Translations under genes and position numbers: made by a program
The notes under the pieces: generated by a model
Seen by the model: the letters and a program-made list of their open reading frames with translations, nothing else
The model's database searches: none
What the model was told of the DNA's origin: nothing
Part shown: positions 1 to 13,437 of the stretch, in pieces
Position numbering within the stretch: position 1 is the stretch's first letter
How the letters are laid out: the number at the start of each line of letters is the position of its first letter
NCBI GenBank assembly: GCA_053919585.1
Contig: CM132798.1
Direction: 5' to 3' (one strand)
Source of the DNA: Euprymna scolopes
Taxonomy: Eukaryota
DNA: 64,000 bases

Positions 1-1277
1 AGTGCATCACCTTACAGATTCTAAACTTCTGACTGACCAACAATATGCATTTAGACAAGCCTGTTCGACAGCAGACATCCTAACTGTAATCTCTGAACGT
101 ATATACCATTCACTGGACAAAGTGGGGGAGGGCAGAGCGGTAGCGCTAGATATATCTAAGGCTTTTCTCAGGAAGATTAGATCATACGGTATCACTGGTA
201 GAATACATGAAATAACTAAATCCTTCTTAGATAAGAGATAAATCCAGGTTGTCCTCGACGGTCGTACATCTACACAATATGGTATAAATGCGGGAGTGCC
301 TCAGGGGTCTATCCTTGGTTCTCTACTGTTCCTGATATTCATAAATGACCTCCCCGACAAAATTGCCTCTGAGATAGATATATATGCTGATGACACCACA
401 TGCTACAAGAGGCACGACAGGAAAACAAATGAACACATATCTAAAGAAATGGCAGAAACACTAGAGGATGTCCTCCAATCTGTAGTGGAATGGGCACAAA
501 AATGGATGGTCACGTTGAATGCCGCCAAGACTAAACTAGTTTCATTCAATCATTACAAGAAACCTTCCCCACCACCTATAGCAATGGTAACCGACTCTTT
601 ATGTGAGAGTACATCTTTCAAACTCATTGGTCTAACGTTCACAGAAAACATGAGTGGGAACAATTACATTGAAGGCATTACCAGGGCCGCTGCATGGAAG
701 GTGGGCTCTCTCTACCGTGCTAAAAAACTACTAATTCCCGAAAGTATCCTGTACCTCTATAAGACCACCATTCGGCCATGAATGGAGTATTGCTGTCATA
801 TTTGGACTGGTTCATCTGCTACTAGTCTCTCACTCCTTGACAAGGTTCAAAAGAGAGTCGCAAATCTGATAGGCCCTGAACTGGAATCTAAGCTTCAGCC
901 TCTGTCCCATTGACGAAACGTTACACCCCTCTGCCTGTTCTACAAGTATTTTAATGGTGAATTTTCTGATGGACAGCAATCACTTGTGCCCCCACGACGT
1001 GAACACCCTCGACAAACCCTAGAGGCTGCTAAATCCCACATCCATGTAAAAGAGTTTTCTACTCCAGTAGTTTCTTCCTAAGAACCGCTAGACTTTGTAA
1101 TTCCATTCCAGGTGCCTGCTTCCCCAACTGTACTGACGTACAGAAGTTCAAGTGCTCGTTAATCGACATATTGCTGCTCAAATCCCTAAATAGTACCCCA
1201 GTAGCTGTTGCCCCTGATAGTTGCCCCTACACCAAATTCGCAATGTGCTTTGTTTGGGATGAAAATGTAATAAAAAA
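1..1277 (+). mobile_element. 3' part of a decayed CR1/Jockey-group LINE (reverse transcriptase and 3' UTR)
   Basis: RT motifs QYAFR, ALDISKAF, GVPQGSILGSLLFLIFINDL, YADD, LYKTTIRP*MEYCCHIW; in-frame stops; ends in an A-rich tail near 1262-1277; truncated by the window start. Confidence 0.9.
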
Positions 1278-2580
1278 GTCCAACGCCAACAAGTTCTAAT
1301 TGAACATTTCTCTTAAGAATATAATCATTCCAAATATTTACGACTTATGAGTACTACGTTATTGTCTCAATGATTATCGTACACACATTAAGCCTTATCC
1401 CCAGTGGTTTTCGGACCTTGATATTTGATGACTCCTTTGTATAAGATTCCACCTGGAAGTAAAATACTGAATACTTATTTAGAATGGCAAAGGTGATTAA
1501 TTGTTTAATTAGAAGTGTTATAGCCGGAACACTTTGCGCTAAAAATATAGAAGCTGTTTACATTTATCTTGATGGCTACATAATCAAACAATAAAAACAC
1601 ACTTTAAAAAACAGAGCTCAGTCATTGGTTCCTGGTGTGGATGATTGAACTCACACATATCAGTAGGTGGTATTAGCCAAAATATCACTTATGTGCATTC
1701 GAAAGGTTATCTGCCACAGTTTCAGGAAACAAATGAACTCCGGTGCTTTGTGTGGGAACACTATAATAGGAAGTGTTTCTAAGTTCGATCCATAACGTAA
1801 TGAATGGTGTTTCTTTTTTAGCGCTTTACATTTGCGTGAACAAGTTAAAAGAAAATCATACAGAAATTGTGATGTGTTTTCTTTTGTTTCTTTTCCGACG
1901 CGTCTTAATGTGATTGCTTTGTTGTCTGACCTATGAATACACAATCCGGCATCATTTTGAAAAGTGGTTGTCAGAAGAAGGGAAGCGATACGCTGGCTCG
2001 CTAAAGGTTACCCCCAAAATATTTTCAGAACAAATAATCGTCGAATATTTGTAAGTTTGAAACAGCTTGTGGCTCGTCTACTGTTAATAAGGAATAATGA
2101 GTCGAAGAAAAGATATAAAAAAAAACTCTTGGGGAATACTCACCACCTTTAATATCCAACGCGTAAATCATTTCCGATGTAACAAACATATTCAGTTTTG
2201 TACACTTAGAAAAAAAAATGCAGGTATTCTAAGGTACAATTAGTATATTAAATTATGGATCGAAAATCTAAGATGAAATAGTAATTTAAGTATAATCACA
2301 TTTATTATATGTAATGTAAATATTAGCATAAATCATGCCAATATTTTCTTATATCTAACAATACACTTACGAGTTGACGCTAAGAATGAAAATAAAACGC
2401 CATTCCTCGGAATATTGTTTTTAAAATAAAATCATTGAGAAGCCAACTCATGCTCGTGTAACAAAATGCCCGCTGTGTGAGTTGGCCTTCGAAGCTATTT
2501 TATGTCTGCGAAGAAGTTAATGACGATATCTTTACGAAAGGCCTAAAAAATCTAACGCGATCTAAAACTGGCACCATATT

Positions 2581-2886
2581 AGATGACCTTGAGCTTCACT
2601 GAGATGCACCACTTATATGACCTTCACCGAGGTGCGGGACTTGACACAAAAAAACAGCTTCTGAATCAACTGCTAACGCACGCGTCACTGTAACGTCCAA
2701 TGTCAACAATAACCTTCTCACTCGACCTGCCTTTTATACCACTCTCTCAATCCGTCCTCTTGTGCATGCGCCCGAAGATTCCTGACAACCTCGAGACTTC
2801 CGCTTATAAAAACCCAAGTTTTGTTGTCGCGCATGCCTACACAAGGCACAGACACGTGGACGTTTGTTGTGTTGGTAAGTACTACA
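2581..2886 (-). repeat. 3' LTR of the Gypsy-order element
   Basis: About 29 substitutions in ~302 aligned bp versus 6579-6883 (hand count); TATAAAAG on minus near 2730-2738; PPT at 2887-2894. Confidence 0.9.
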
Positions 2887-2889
2887 CTC

Positions 2890-5790
2890 CCCCTGATCTG
2901 ATGATCACATAGAGTGCACTCCGGGGGTAGCCTTTTAGTTCGTTGGCTTCTGCGAAGGGTGGTATTTACACTCTCGGATTCAGGTTCTGGTTCTGGTTCT
3001 GGTTCTGGGTGTGGTTCTGGTTCTGGTTCTGATCCTGCCTGATCAGACGAACTACAACTACCACTCTCTTGCACGGTGACCTCACTTATTAGCAGCTCAT
3101 CATCTGATGATTCATCGCTCTCTGTAGTTTTGGGATGTACTTCACTAGCCGGGCGAAGATCGCGCACATGGCGTGGGGTTCCATCAACAAAGACCGACTG
3201 CTGGCTGACAACTCCAGATATTCGTCCTCGCTTGAACTTGGTGTTGAACCGGTTTCCAGGGAGTCTAACCCAAACTCGATCCCCTACCTTGTATTTGTTA
3301 TGACTCTCCTCGTCGATTGGTTGGACAGTGTCAATGCCCTTTATCCTGACACGGCATTTGTGTATGGCATTGGCCGGTGCTGTTGTTAGTGTCTTCCCAT
3401 CCTTTGGTGTGATGTTATACCAATACGTGGCCTCCGTAATGGTGCATTGCTTTCTGGCAGAAATCTTCTTGATGCTGCGATGGCTCCTCTAAGCAATGCC
3501 ATTCCCTGATGGCACATGAGCACATCACAGTCGTAGTTGGATACCCCACTCATTCAACAACTGCCGAACTTGGTTGCTACAAAAAGCAGCATAGTTGTTC
3601 GTCAATATCTCTTCCGGCGCACCTCGCTCAGAAAAGATAGATGACAGTTGGCGGACAACATTCGCTGAGTCCTGCCTGGTCATTTGCCGCCACACTGCGA
3701 AACGAGTGGGTCCACAGTCGATAATGGTAAGAAAGGGCTTGCCACTGTAATTGGTAATATCCATCGCTACTCCTTGCCACACATGCTCAACCTCCAATTG
3801 CCCCTTCTGCCATTGCTCAGGTGCAGAATCGATAGACTGGCATGCCTCAGAGTGCTTGCTGATCTGCCTGACATCCCCCTTGTCACTGCCGGGTCCACAT
3901 GCCTCGCAAAATAGAGTTCTTTTGATACCTGGATGTCCACTCTGCACATGAATTCTTTGCATTTTGGCATGAGCTAATCGCGCCAACTGCGCAAGATCGA
4001 GCAGCGAAATTCACACCTGTCTTCACAGCCTCATACCATTTATTAGTTGGTCTGCACGATTACAGTGTGATGCCACGAGCGTTACACTCACCGACAGGTC
4101 ATACTCCGATACCAGACTCTTCAGGGTGTTTAGCCTCCGCCGGATTAACATCTCACTGGCTGCCTTAGTGTGGACTCTCGTTCGTCCCGAAAGAGTGTCG
4201 GACACCCAGTGGTAGACGCAAAGAGAATCCGTGTACAAGTGCAACTTCTTTGACTGCCATTGCAGTGCCAGATTTAAACCCTTCACAACAACATCCAGTT
4301 CCCCCGGGTTGATGGGTTGAGCATCATTCACGGGTCGCAACCAGCACGCATCTTCAATTAAGTTTCCACGTTGCTCCAATAACACTCCCAATGCCAAAGA
4401 ACTAGCGTCAACCCACATATTGACAGTGTCCCAATCGACACACCATTCTTCACGGGCAGGGTCCTCCTTGTTAACTCTCTCTAGGGTTTCTGTCGTCAGC
4501 AGAGTTAGAATAGCATCATCAGATACATCCTCCCAACCTGTAGTTACTAAACTTGCCCTGCGTTTGATGACGCCCACAGCTGCTCGGAGCCAGCCACACG
4601 CTGGTAAATGACCAATAAGTTTCCCACACAAGGAAAAATAGTCCGCGCGTAATAACATCAGGGATGTTTGGAATCTCACTGCCACGCCTCCATCAGAAGG
4701 TACCGTCTTTCCCGCAAACGTCCAATCCTAATACCCGTGCTCCATCCCTCAGACGTTCGGGATCCTTGCACTCCAACCCGAATTGAGCTAACTTTTCTCT
4801 GACGTGCGACGCAGATTGTATATCTTCATTGACGTACACATCGTCAATATAGGCTGATGTTGCGTCCTCAGTGGTCCTTTCCTGGGACAACACTGCATTT
4901 ACAATGGTCTTCATGATTTGTGGTGCCACATTCAGTCCAAAGCCAAGTCGAGTAAGGCAGTATCTCTCACCCCGGAACCACACTGTCTGGAACGGTCACA
5001 ATGTCTCATCCACTCGCGCCTGCAAATAAGCCTTCCGCAAGTCTACTATAGACACATTGGAGCCCTTCTGGTACCATTCTCTTAGCTTGCTGGCGCACAC
5101 GTCAGCATCGGCAGTGTACGTCTCAATGTATCTATTGAGTTCACGATAGTCCAGCACCGGACGAACTTTTGATTTGTTATGCTGGACTACCGCCATTAAG
5201 TGAATCAGACCCTTGGGTGGTCCCAGCTTGTTGGGGTAGGGGATCAGCCATCCATCCTGGATCCAATCCTCAAGTTCCTCCTCGTATTCATTACGGGCCT
5301 TGTCGGGTATCGAGTACTCTGCAATGCTATTCTTGAGTTCGGTTTGCGCTCTTCCTTCTGTCCACTTCCACAATGAAGTCCATGCTTTTTGCTGAGGTTC
5401 GTAGTCCACCTTAAAATCAAGCCGATCAATGTGACCTGCAGCACACACTGGGGTTTCAAAAAATCGCACAGTCTCATCTCTTCCGATAACAACTCCCCCC
5501 AGTGCCTTAATAGCATCATATCCCAACAATACATCGAATCCCAGCAAACCCCCTCGCATCACCAGCACATTAATGTCTGCGGCCACACCAGAGTCTGTGT
5601 GGACATTGACAGTTCCGGCTCCACAGCAAGATTGCGAATTGCCACCTATCGTGGTGACTTTGATGTTCTGCTTTGTCCAGTTTCGACGGAACTTGGCACT
5701 CATGATGGTGTGTGAGCACCCGGAGTTGAGAACAGCTGAATAAGGCACTTGTTCCACGTACACATTTATTGTCGGTTTCGCCTCAATTAA
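2890..5790 (-). pseudogene. pol: pol (protease, RT, RNase H, integrase), broken by stops and frameshifts
   Basis: AVLNSGCS (decayed DSG protease); RPVLDYRELN, DLRKAYLQ, RLGFGLNVAP, YIDD (RT); VDASS, TDS, NRADQL (RNase H); HVQSGHPG, MDIT, IDCGPTRF (integrase); acidic (EP)n tail encoded by a hexamer repeat at ~2980-3030. Confidence 0.9.
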
Positions 5791-6536
5791 ATCTTGTCCG
5801 GGGAACAGGGCGGGCTGACGTCCCGCCCCCTGATGCATTTCCCGCACAATTTTGGGATAAATGTTCATAACTGCCACATTGGAAACAGCGCGGGCTCCCC
5901 CGCCCCTTGTTAGTACACCTTCTTGCGAAATGGCGTCGCTGGCCGCAGCAGAAACATCTCCCATTGGTCCTGGGTCTCAAACTGGGACTCTTTTCAGCAT
6001 TAGTCTTGGCTGCCTGCGTCATCATTACAACCGGTTCCCTCAGGTCCTCCTCATCTCTGATAATGGCTCGAGCGCGTTCTAACAAATGTTTCATGGGCGT
6101 TACAGATACGCTGGTGGAAACCCTCAACAGTTGCTTAACATGGGTGGAAAGCCTGCCACAAACACATACGCCAGTGTTTGCTCTGACACTCCATTGCCAA
6201 ATAGAACTGCAAGTTTCTTGAGCTCCGCGAAGAGACGTCCACGGTTTCTCCTGGCATGAGCTTCCTAGAGGCAAATTTTTTGTAGGCCGTGCAGGGATCC
6301 ATGGCAAATGCCTTGTATAAAGCATTTTTATACAGGTAACATCAGCCTTCTCCACGGCACTAAATTGCTGATATACACTACTGGACACCTCCAGCCAATC
6401 TCAGGGGAATCACGGTATGCACCCCCTTTACTTCACAGAAGTTGAATGTCAGCTTAACCCTTTCGACCCAGTCGACAACAGAAGTGGATCCGTCAAATTC
6501 GGGTATCAGTTTTAAATAAAACTTTGCCCCAGCCAT
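5783..6536 (-). pseudogene. gag: gag (frameshifted) with two CCHC zinc knuckles
   Basis: ATG at 6536 MAGAKFYLKLIPEFDGS..DWVERV; CFCCGQRRHFARRC and CFQCGSYEHLSQNC in ORF 5783-6388. Confidence 0.85.
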
Positions 6537-6578
6537 AGTTGTCTAGGAAAAGAGACAAAACGAAATAGCCGAAATAGC

Positions 6579-6883
6579 TTATGACCTTGACCTTCACTGA
6601 GGTGCAGGACCTATATGACCTTCACCGAGGTGTACGACTTGACACAAAAAACAGCTTCTTAATCAACTACTAACGCACGCGACACTGTAACGTCCAATGA
6701 CAACGGCAACCTTTTCACTCGACCTGCCTTTTATACCACTCTCTCAATCTCTCCACTTGCGCATGCGCCTTGAGATTCCTGACAACCTCGAGACTTCCGC
6801 TTATAGAAACCCAAGTTTTGTTGTCGCGTATGCCTACACAAGGCACCAACACGTGGGCGTTTGTTTTGTTGGTAAGTACTACA
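6579..6883 (-). repeat. 5' LTR of the Gypsy-order element
   Basis: Direct repeat of 2581-2886; begins TG on minus at 6883; the inner boundary is uncertain by a few bp. Confidence 0.88.
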
Positions 6884-8339
6884 TATTACGGTCGCTTTAA
6901 TAATTTATAATAATAGTAAAAATATAATTGCGTAGGGAAAATTGACTAATGGACAGTTTAGCATAATGAGGCAACACCGGCCTGCTTACAAAAGTCAACA
7001 AACGACTTGAATGACATTTTAGAAACATAGTTAAAAAATAAAAACACGTTGCGCACATAACACTTACTCGTTACGACTATACTAGAACGATGATGATAAA
7101 TGAATAAACATATTTTTGTAAGATTTATCCTAGCTTTTATTCAATAAATTACTTTAAGTTCTTACATTTTTATGTTGAGTTCCTTATTTATAAAAACAAT
7201 CAAACATTGATTAGAAAAGCTGTATAAGAATAGCATTCAAAAGATGAATATATCCATATAGAAATGTATAAGCCACATATATACAATTTTTATTTCTGAT
7301 GATGTAGAGGCTGCAAAAACTTAATTTGGATCAACATGCATAATGTATCTGTAGATTGCCCCAGTAACAATACGGAATTAAATACCTTGTTATAACAAAT
7401 TTTCTTAGGCTATTGTATCATTAGTGACTAATAATATAGGACGTCACTCCCCTAAACTAGCGAACAATATTTTGACACATTACTTCGGTTGTGTCGGGAA
7501 TCTCGAGTACGATGGCGTCAGTATCACGACATCATCCTCATGGAACTATATGTGCGTGCGTATGCAAGGTTGACTTCTCACAGTGGCACTCAGTTACCCT
7601 CTGTAGGAGCTACACAATGACCAGTGATCCATCAGTATGGTATTAAACCTCATGTCACCTCGATGGCCTCCATGTAATGGATACACTCACCAATCGAAAA
7701 AGTAAGAGACTAACGGTTGGAATAATATCGTTACAAATGAAAAAATAAAACCTCCAACAAACAACCCCAACCCCAGAACAGACAAGAGACACAGTATATA
7801 TTCATTAATGGCTTCAAGGAAAATGATTAATAAACACCATTAACGATAGTTTCTTATCTCGTTGGAATCATGATAAATAACCAGCGTCGGAATAAACTAC
7901 GGTGACATACAATTGCATCACCGTGATGAGCAAAGACAGAAAATTAATGAAAACAGAAAACATTAAAATAAAAAAGACAGGACTCTGCTTGACCTCTGAA
8001 CAGAAATGGCAAATACGCTGCCATGTCTGCTGGAAGATATTTAAGGCTGAAAGAAGCAAATAAAACTGTAGATCTTTGACACCGTTCAGTTTAAAAGTGT
8101 CTGCGACACAAAAAAAATAATAAACCACCCATTATTACAACTTTCACGAGAAAGCATAGAGACAGAAATACATTTTTAACGGTGTATGGCGCGGTATGAG
8201 ACGAACTGACGTCTAAACTGCTCACGGCCAGTATGTGCCAAATCTTCTGCGTCCTCATTCTCAAGGACATCCGTCTCGTGTGTAAGATTGATAATTTGTA
8301 ACGATCATGGCTTTGTATTTAGCTAGTTGGAATGAAAGA

Positions 8340-8900
8340 TTCCGAAGGTGAGCTGCCAGTGTGCTGAGGGAACTGCTGGTGCTTAAGGCAGACATTGCCG
8401 TGATGCTAAAGATTGACTTCGCTTACATGGAATTTGTCATTTACAGACGAAGAATTTTGATGTTGCTCAGCATATGACTATACGTATGGGGTCATTTTGC
8501 TACTGAGACGCACTCTGTTTGCGACAGTGAGCATTGTTTCTGTGGATGCGATAAAACGGTTGGTTGTACTCCATGTGGCTGTTGATAACATTCTGTTTAG
8601 GATTGTTTATGCGGCTTATTCTATCTCAAAAAAGTCTGTTATTTCCGCAATTCGAAGTGTCATGTTTTCTACATTCGCCGACGATATCGCAATTTACGCA
8701 TCGACGTGAACTGACATTGCTTCATTCAGTATGAAGATGTCACAGAAGCTTTTTGAACCGTAGTAAATCCGTTGGTATGCCATTGAGAGCATGGAGCGGA
8801 GAAGATGCACGTCAATTAACTTTCAGCTGACCTGATAAGCTGGTTCGAACCCTTGGTATTTGATTCGGCCCGAAGCTGCAGTTAAATGAAAAAGATGGTA
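8340..8900 (+). mobile_element. Highly decayed L1/Tx1-like LINE fragments
   Basis: FADDIAI (YADD-like) at ~8673-8695, then NRSKSVG and LGI*FGP, typical of L1/Tx1 RT C-terminal blocks; endonuclease-like segment upstream. Confidence 0.45.
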
Positions 8901-10659
8901 ATAAGTACAATCAACTATGGCGACAATTATTCAAATGAGGTTTCCTTAAATGATAGAGATGAGGTGTGCATTACTTGCGCGTTGCCTTTCGTCCGTTTTC
9001 GAAGAGATTTAACCGCTCATCGTCTTACACGTGTTTACACTTCTTACTTCTTTGACAGGACTTCTTTATGCTCGCAGGGTAGTCTTTACGTAAAACCCGA
9101 GAGAGCTAGGCCTCGTAATTACAGATTTGCCAAGTCATGGACATGCCTAAATATTGTCTTCTTTAGGCTTAACTTTCGTAAAAGATATTTCCTGGATTCA
9201 TGCGGTTTAAAGCGACTAGCTTCGTCATGTAGAAGGCCGTCACAAACTTAAGGGTAAAACACAGTTCTTCGCACAATACTCAGGACCCTTGTAAAGCTTA
9301 GAAAAAATTATATGATATTACTCGTTGGTATTGCGTCAGATCGATTACGGGAGCTACTGAAATAGTCGGATATTATCGCCAAACCAAGCTTATCTTCCCA
9401 ACTCTGAATTATGTCTTACCTGACAATTTGTCTGGAACATAGTCCTCTTTTTGTTAAATTAAGCAACACTGACTTAACCTACACTGTACATAAAAAAATA
9501 CGCTTTGTACGCTTCCAGCAAAATTTGGCGACTCTGTGAGAAGTAACGATTTCCCTTGATGCCGGACATCCGTGTAGCTTTCATTCTAATCAACGATGAA
9601 CTGCGTGATCTAAGAAAAATATAGTTTCTTGGTATCCATTGGATAAATATGCTCTTAGCTGGTGGTATAAATTAGTTCTCTTTCGTGTTTTTCTTCTAGT
9701 GATCATCCAATTATGTTGCCTCCTTATATTTTATTGCCCTGGGAAACCACAAATATGGTTTCTATCTAGAAAGGCACCATCTAATCTCATATTTATCCGT
9801 TTGTTTTTGTTTTTCATGTCACCTTTTAGTTTTCACTCCCAGTTTAATACGAACTCACTTGGTTTTGATTGACATGATCTGACAGTTAGCAAAGCGTTCC
9901 GAGAAGCTTACTAACCTACCTCATTAATATTCTGTTTGATATTTTTTTTGTTTGAAAATTTAAGGAGTTCTTTATACATGGTTCGATTCCCTATTATTCA
10001 TGGTCCTTTCATATATTTATTTGTAAATAAAATGTAATCGACACGATTTGGGATCCTGTAAACGGACTTTATACCATAGATTCAATGCGTTATTTTGATG
10101 AAAAAATATAGGTCTGAGTAATCGAAATGCCATGCAACTCCACAGACCTTCTAATTCAAACAGAGCGAAAAGACTAAGTTTTTTTTTAATTTGTAACAGT
10201 TTATATAATAAAATAAAATAGTAGTTTAGTTACGATTAAACGGAAGTGTGTGTTCTCTACAAAATCATCGCAATTTGAAGTCGGGCGTTGTCCTGTAATT
10301 ATCTACTTTCAATATTTAATGCTAAACTGATTTAAGGCGTTATAGGTTTTATCAAAACAGCTTTAATTGTATTAAAAATTATAATGAAAATAATTTATAT
10401 GAAATAATAATGTATGTACAATAAGATTTATCATACCAATTATGACTGCACTTTATTTGAAACTGTTGGAATTACATGGGAATATAAGACAGTCTAGTAT
10501 GGGCAGAACATTTCAAATGGCGAATATAAACGATATGATGCAATGATTTATATTCGTGAACACATAAAATGCCTAGGCATATACAAACATCCAAACTCAT
10601 GATAAAATAATAAAAGCTGATTTTTTTATCAAAAGACAACCCACACATACCATGTTTAA

Positions 10660-10698
10660 GCGTATCGAACGCCTTAGCAACGCCGGACATCTAGCTAG
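10660..10698 (+). mobile_element. Helitron-like 3' end (degenerate hairpin plus CTAG|T)
   Basis: CCTTAGCAACGCCGGACATCTAGCTAG|T resembles the CCCGGGCAACGCCGG...CTAG|T ends at 40927 and 42236; 5' end not identified. Confidence 0.45.
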
Positions 10699-11331
10699 TA
10701 TCATATAGATTAGCGAAGTATATACGTAAGAGGAAAAGAAATATGAAAAATAAGAAATTACAACGACGAATAAATAATGAGTAAAATATATATGTATTTT
10801 GTATTCGTAGTACAACCAAACAATGAAACTGGACTGAGTATCACAATTTCGAAACAAAATGATGAGAATTCTTTGTAAATATAAATGTAATAAGGAAACG
10901 AATAAAAAGCTGAAAAATACACGGGTATTAGACTTAAGTTAGTGCCAAATGCTGATATGGGAGGGTAATTTATCGACATAACGCACCTGTCTCAAACAGT
11001 TCTTCTTGGTTCGGACAGTTGTAATTCACTAATCCTGGACTTTATTGTATCTGGATTGTACTGTAACAGCTTACGTATGGATCGACCTTTCTCTCGTTTA
11101 CAATCTCTTACTTTCGTTTATGTTTTCTATCATTCAGAATCCTTAGAATGGTGTTTTATTTGAAATGTCAGTCGGCTGTATATGACTAACAGGAGACAAC
11201 TTGAATGCAAACTGGAGAGAACTTGAATAGCTAGTGGGCACTGTCTTAGAGTGTCTAACGTCTCTCTGTACAAAGCTTTCTCATAAAAAAAAATGCACGA
11301 GGATTTATTTTCCTAGATATAAACCGTGTCC

Positions 11332-12498
11332 AAATATTCAAAATCACATTTGCTACTAAAATATTGAAAATCACATTTGCTACTAAAATATTCAAAATCA
11401 CATTTGCTACTAAAATATTCAAAATCACATTTGCTACTAAAATATTCAAAATCACATTTGCTACTAAAATATTCAAAATCACATTTGCTACTAAAATATT
11501 CAAAATCACATTTGCTACTAAAATATTGAAAATCACATTTGCTACTAAAATATTCAAAATCACATTTGCTACTAAAATATTCAAAATCACATTTGCTACT
11601 AAAATATTCAAAATCACATTTGCTACTAAAATATTCAAAATCACATTTGCCACTAAAATATTCAAAATCACATTTGCTACTAAAATATTCAAAATCACAT
11701 TTGCTACTAAAATATTCAAAATCACATTTGCTACTAAAATATTCAAAATCACATTTGCTACTAAAATATTCAAAATCACATTTGCTACTAAAATATTCAA
11801 AATCACATTTGCTACTAAAATATTCAAAATCACATTTGCTACTAAAATATTCAAAATCACATTTGCCACTAAAATATTCAAAATCACATTTGCTACTAAA
11901 ATATTCAAAATCACATTTGCTACTAAAATATTCAAAATCACATTTGCTACTAAAATATTCAAAATCACATTTGCTACTAAAATATTCAAAATCACATTTG
12001 CTACTAAAATATTCAAAATCACATTTGCTACTAAAATATTCAAAATCACATTTGCTACTAAAATATTCAAAATCACATTTGCTTACTAAAATATGGAAAA
12101 TCACATTTGCTACAAAATATGGAAAATCACATTTGCTACTAAAATATTCAAAATCACATTTGCCACTAAAATATTCCAAATCACATTTGCTACTAAAATA
12201 TTCAAAATCACATTTGCCACTAAAATATTCAAAATCACATTTGCTACTAAAATATTCAAAATCACATTTCCTACTAAAATATGGAAAATCACATTTGCTA
12301 CTAAAATATTCAAAATCACATTTGCTACTAAAATATTCAAAATCACATTTGCTACTAAAATATTCAAAATCACATTTGCTTACTAAAATATTCAAAATCA
12401 CATTTGCTACAAAATATGGAAAATCACATTTGCTACTAAAATATTCAAAATCACATTTGCTACTAAAATATGCAAAATCACATTTGCTGCTCAAATAT
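11332..12498. repeat. 27-bp tandem satellite/minisatellite (AAAATATTCAAAATCACATTTGCTACT)n, ~43 copies
   Basis: Directly visible; gives 9-aa repeats in the spurious ORFs. Confidence 0.98.
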
Positions 12499-13359
12499 AG
12501 TTCCTATATATTGATTAGCTACACGATCTTTTAAAAGAAAATGGTCCATCGTGATATTGACTCAAGTAACAACACAAAGTTGGATACTCCAGACTAGACG
12601 AATTGTTATCAGTGAAAAGACCAAGAGACTAAAGTGGGGAGATTAATCTAGTAATCTCGAAGTATGGTACTACGCCGTCTTCAAATTGCCTTGCAGTTCT
12701 AACGGCATTTCTATATAAAGACACCTCAGGTAGTTAGCAAATAACTAACATCCTCTCGCAGATTATTGCCAATATCTGGAATTATGGGTCGCATAGGATT
12801 AGCTATAATTTATGTTCTATCGATGCTTACTATGATTGTAGTATGTCAAAATAGAATGCGACTACAATACAACACAAAAATGATTCTGTCCGGATAAATT
12901 ATCCGTCTTGAGTTTTCATTCCATCATATTTCTCATCAATATTGTGCACTTTTTTCCACCGCAATCTTCTAAAATTGACATAAAATTGCATCAATTATGA
13001 AACTTTGGTTAGTGTGGAGTCACCACTCATTTAGTATAAGCTAGCATTATTACACTCCTTATGAAATAGGGGGTAATTATATGGTAGACTACACTAGGAC
13101 AACAGAGTCGTAGGCCACCGTATAAAAAGATACCATAAAAATATGATTAGTTATTTTTTTTGTATCATGTTAATGTGTAATCATAAAAACAATATTTTTT
13201 AACAATTCTTTTTGTTTTAAGCTGACGCAAATATAGAAACTGTTTTAATAATCGTTTAACTATGACGACACTGAATCATTTATAAATACTTCTTATATAG
13301 ACTTGAGATAATTTCAGAAGTAATCCATAATTGCTCTTTCGGAACATGTCATTTATATT

Positions 13360-13400
<41 letters not shown>

Positions 13401-13405
13401 GCATA

Positions 13406-13437
<32 letters not shown>

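Larger units (their letters stand above)
2581..6883 (-). mobile_element. Compact (~4.3 kb) LTR retrotransposon with Gypsy domain order gag-PR-RT-RH-INT, decayed
   Basis: ~300-bp direct repeats at both ends starting TGTAGT on the minus strand; purine tract AGGGGGAG just before the 3' LTR; TATT on both flanks (2577-2580, 6884-6887); internal gag/pol motifs. Confidence 0.93.

Noticed and set aside
2689-2886. Shorter 198-bp LTR bounded by TGTAAC..CTACA
   Set aside because: Homology between the two repeats extends ~105 bp further and the matching TATT flank lies at 2577-2580; not fully excluded
9250-9560. Possible LINE endonuclease remnant (LEHSPLFVKL)
   Set aside because: Single weak motif; insufficient support
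11332-12498. CRISPR-like array
   Set aside because: Units are contiguous with no unique spacers, there are no cas genes, and the context is eukaryotic
11255-12534. Long repetitive ORFs (up to 393 aa) on both strands
   Set aside because: By-product of a 27-bp unit that is stop-free in several frames; no unique flanking coding sequence
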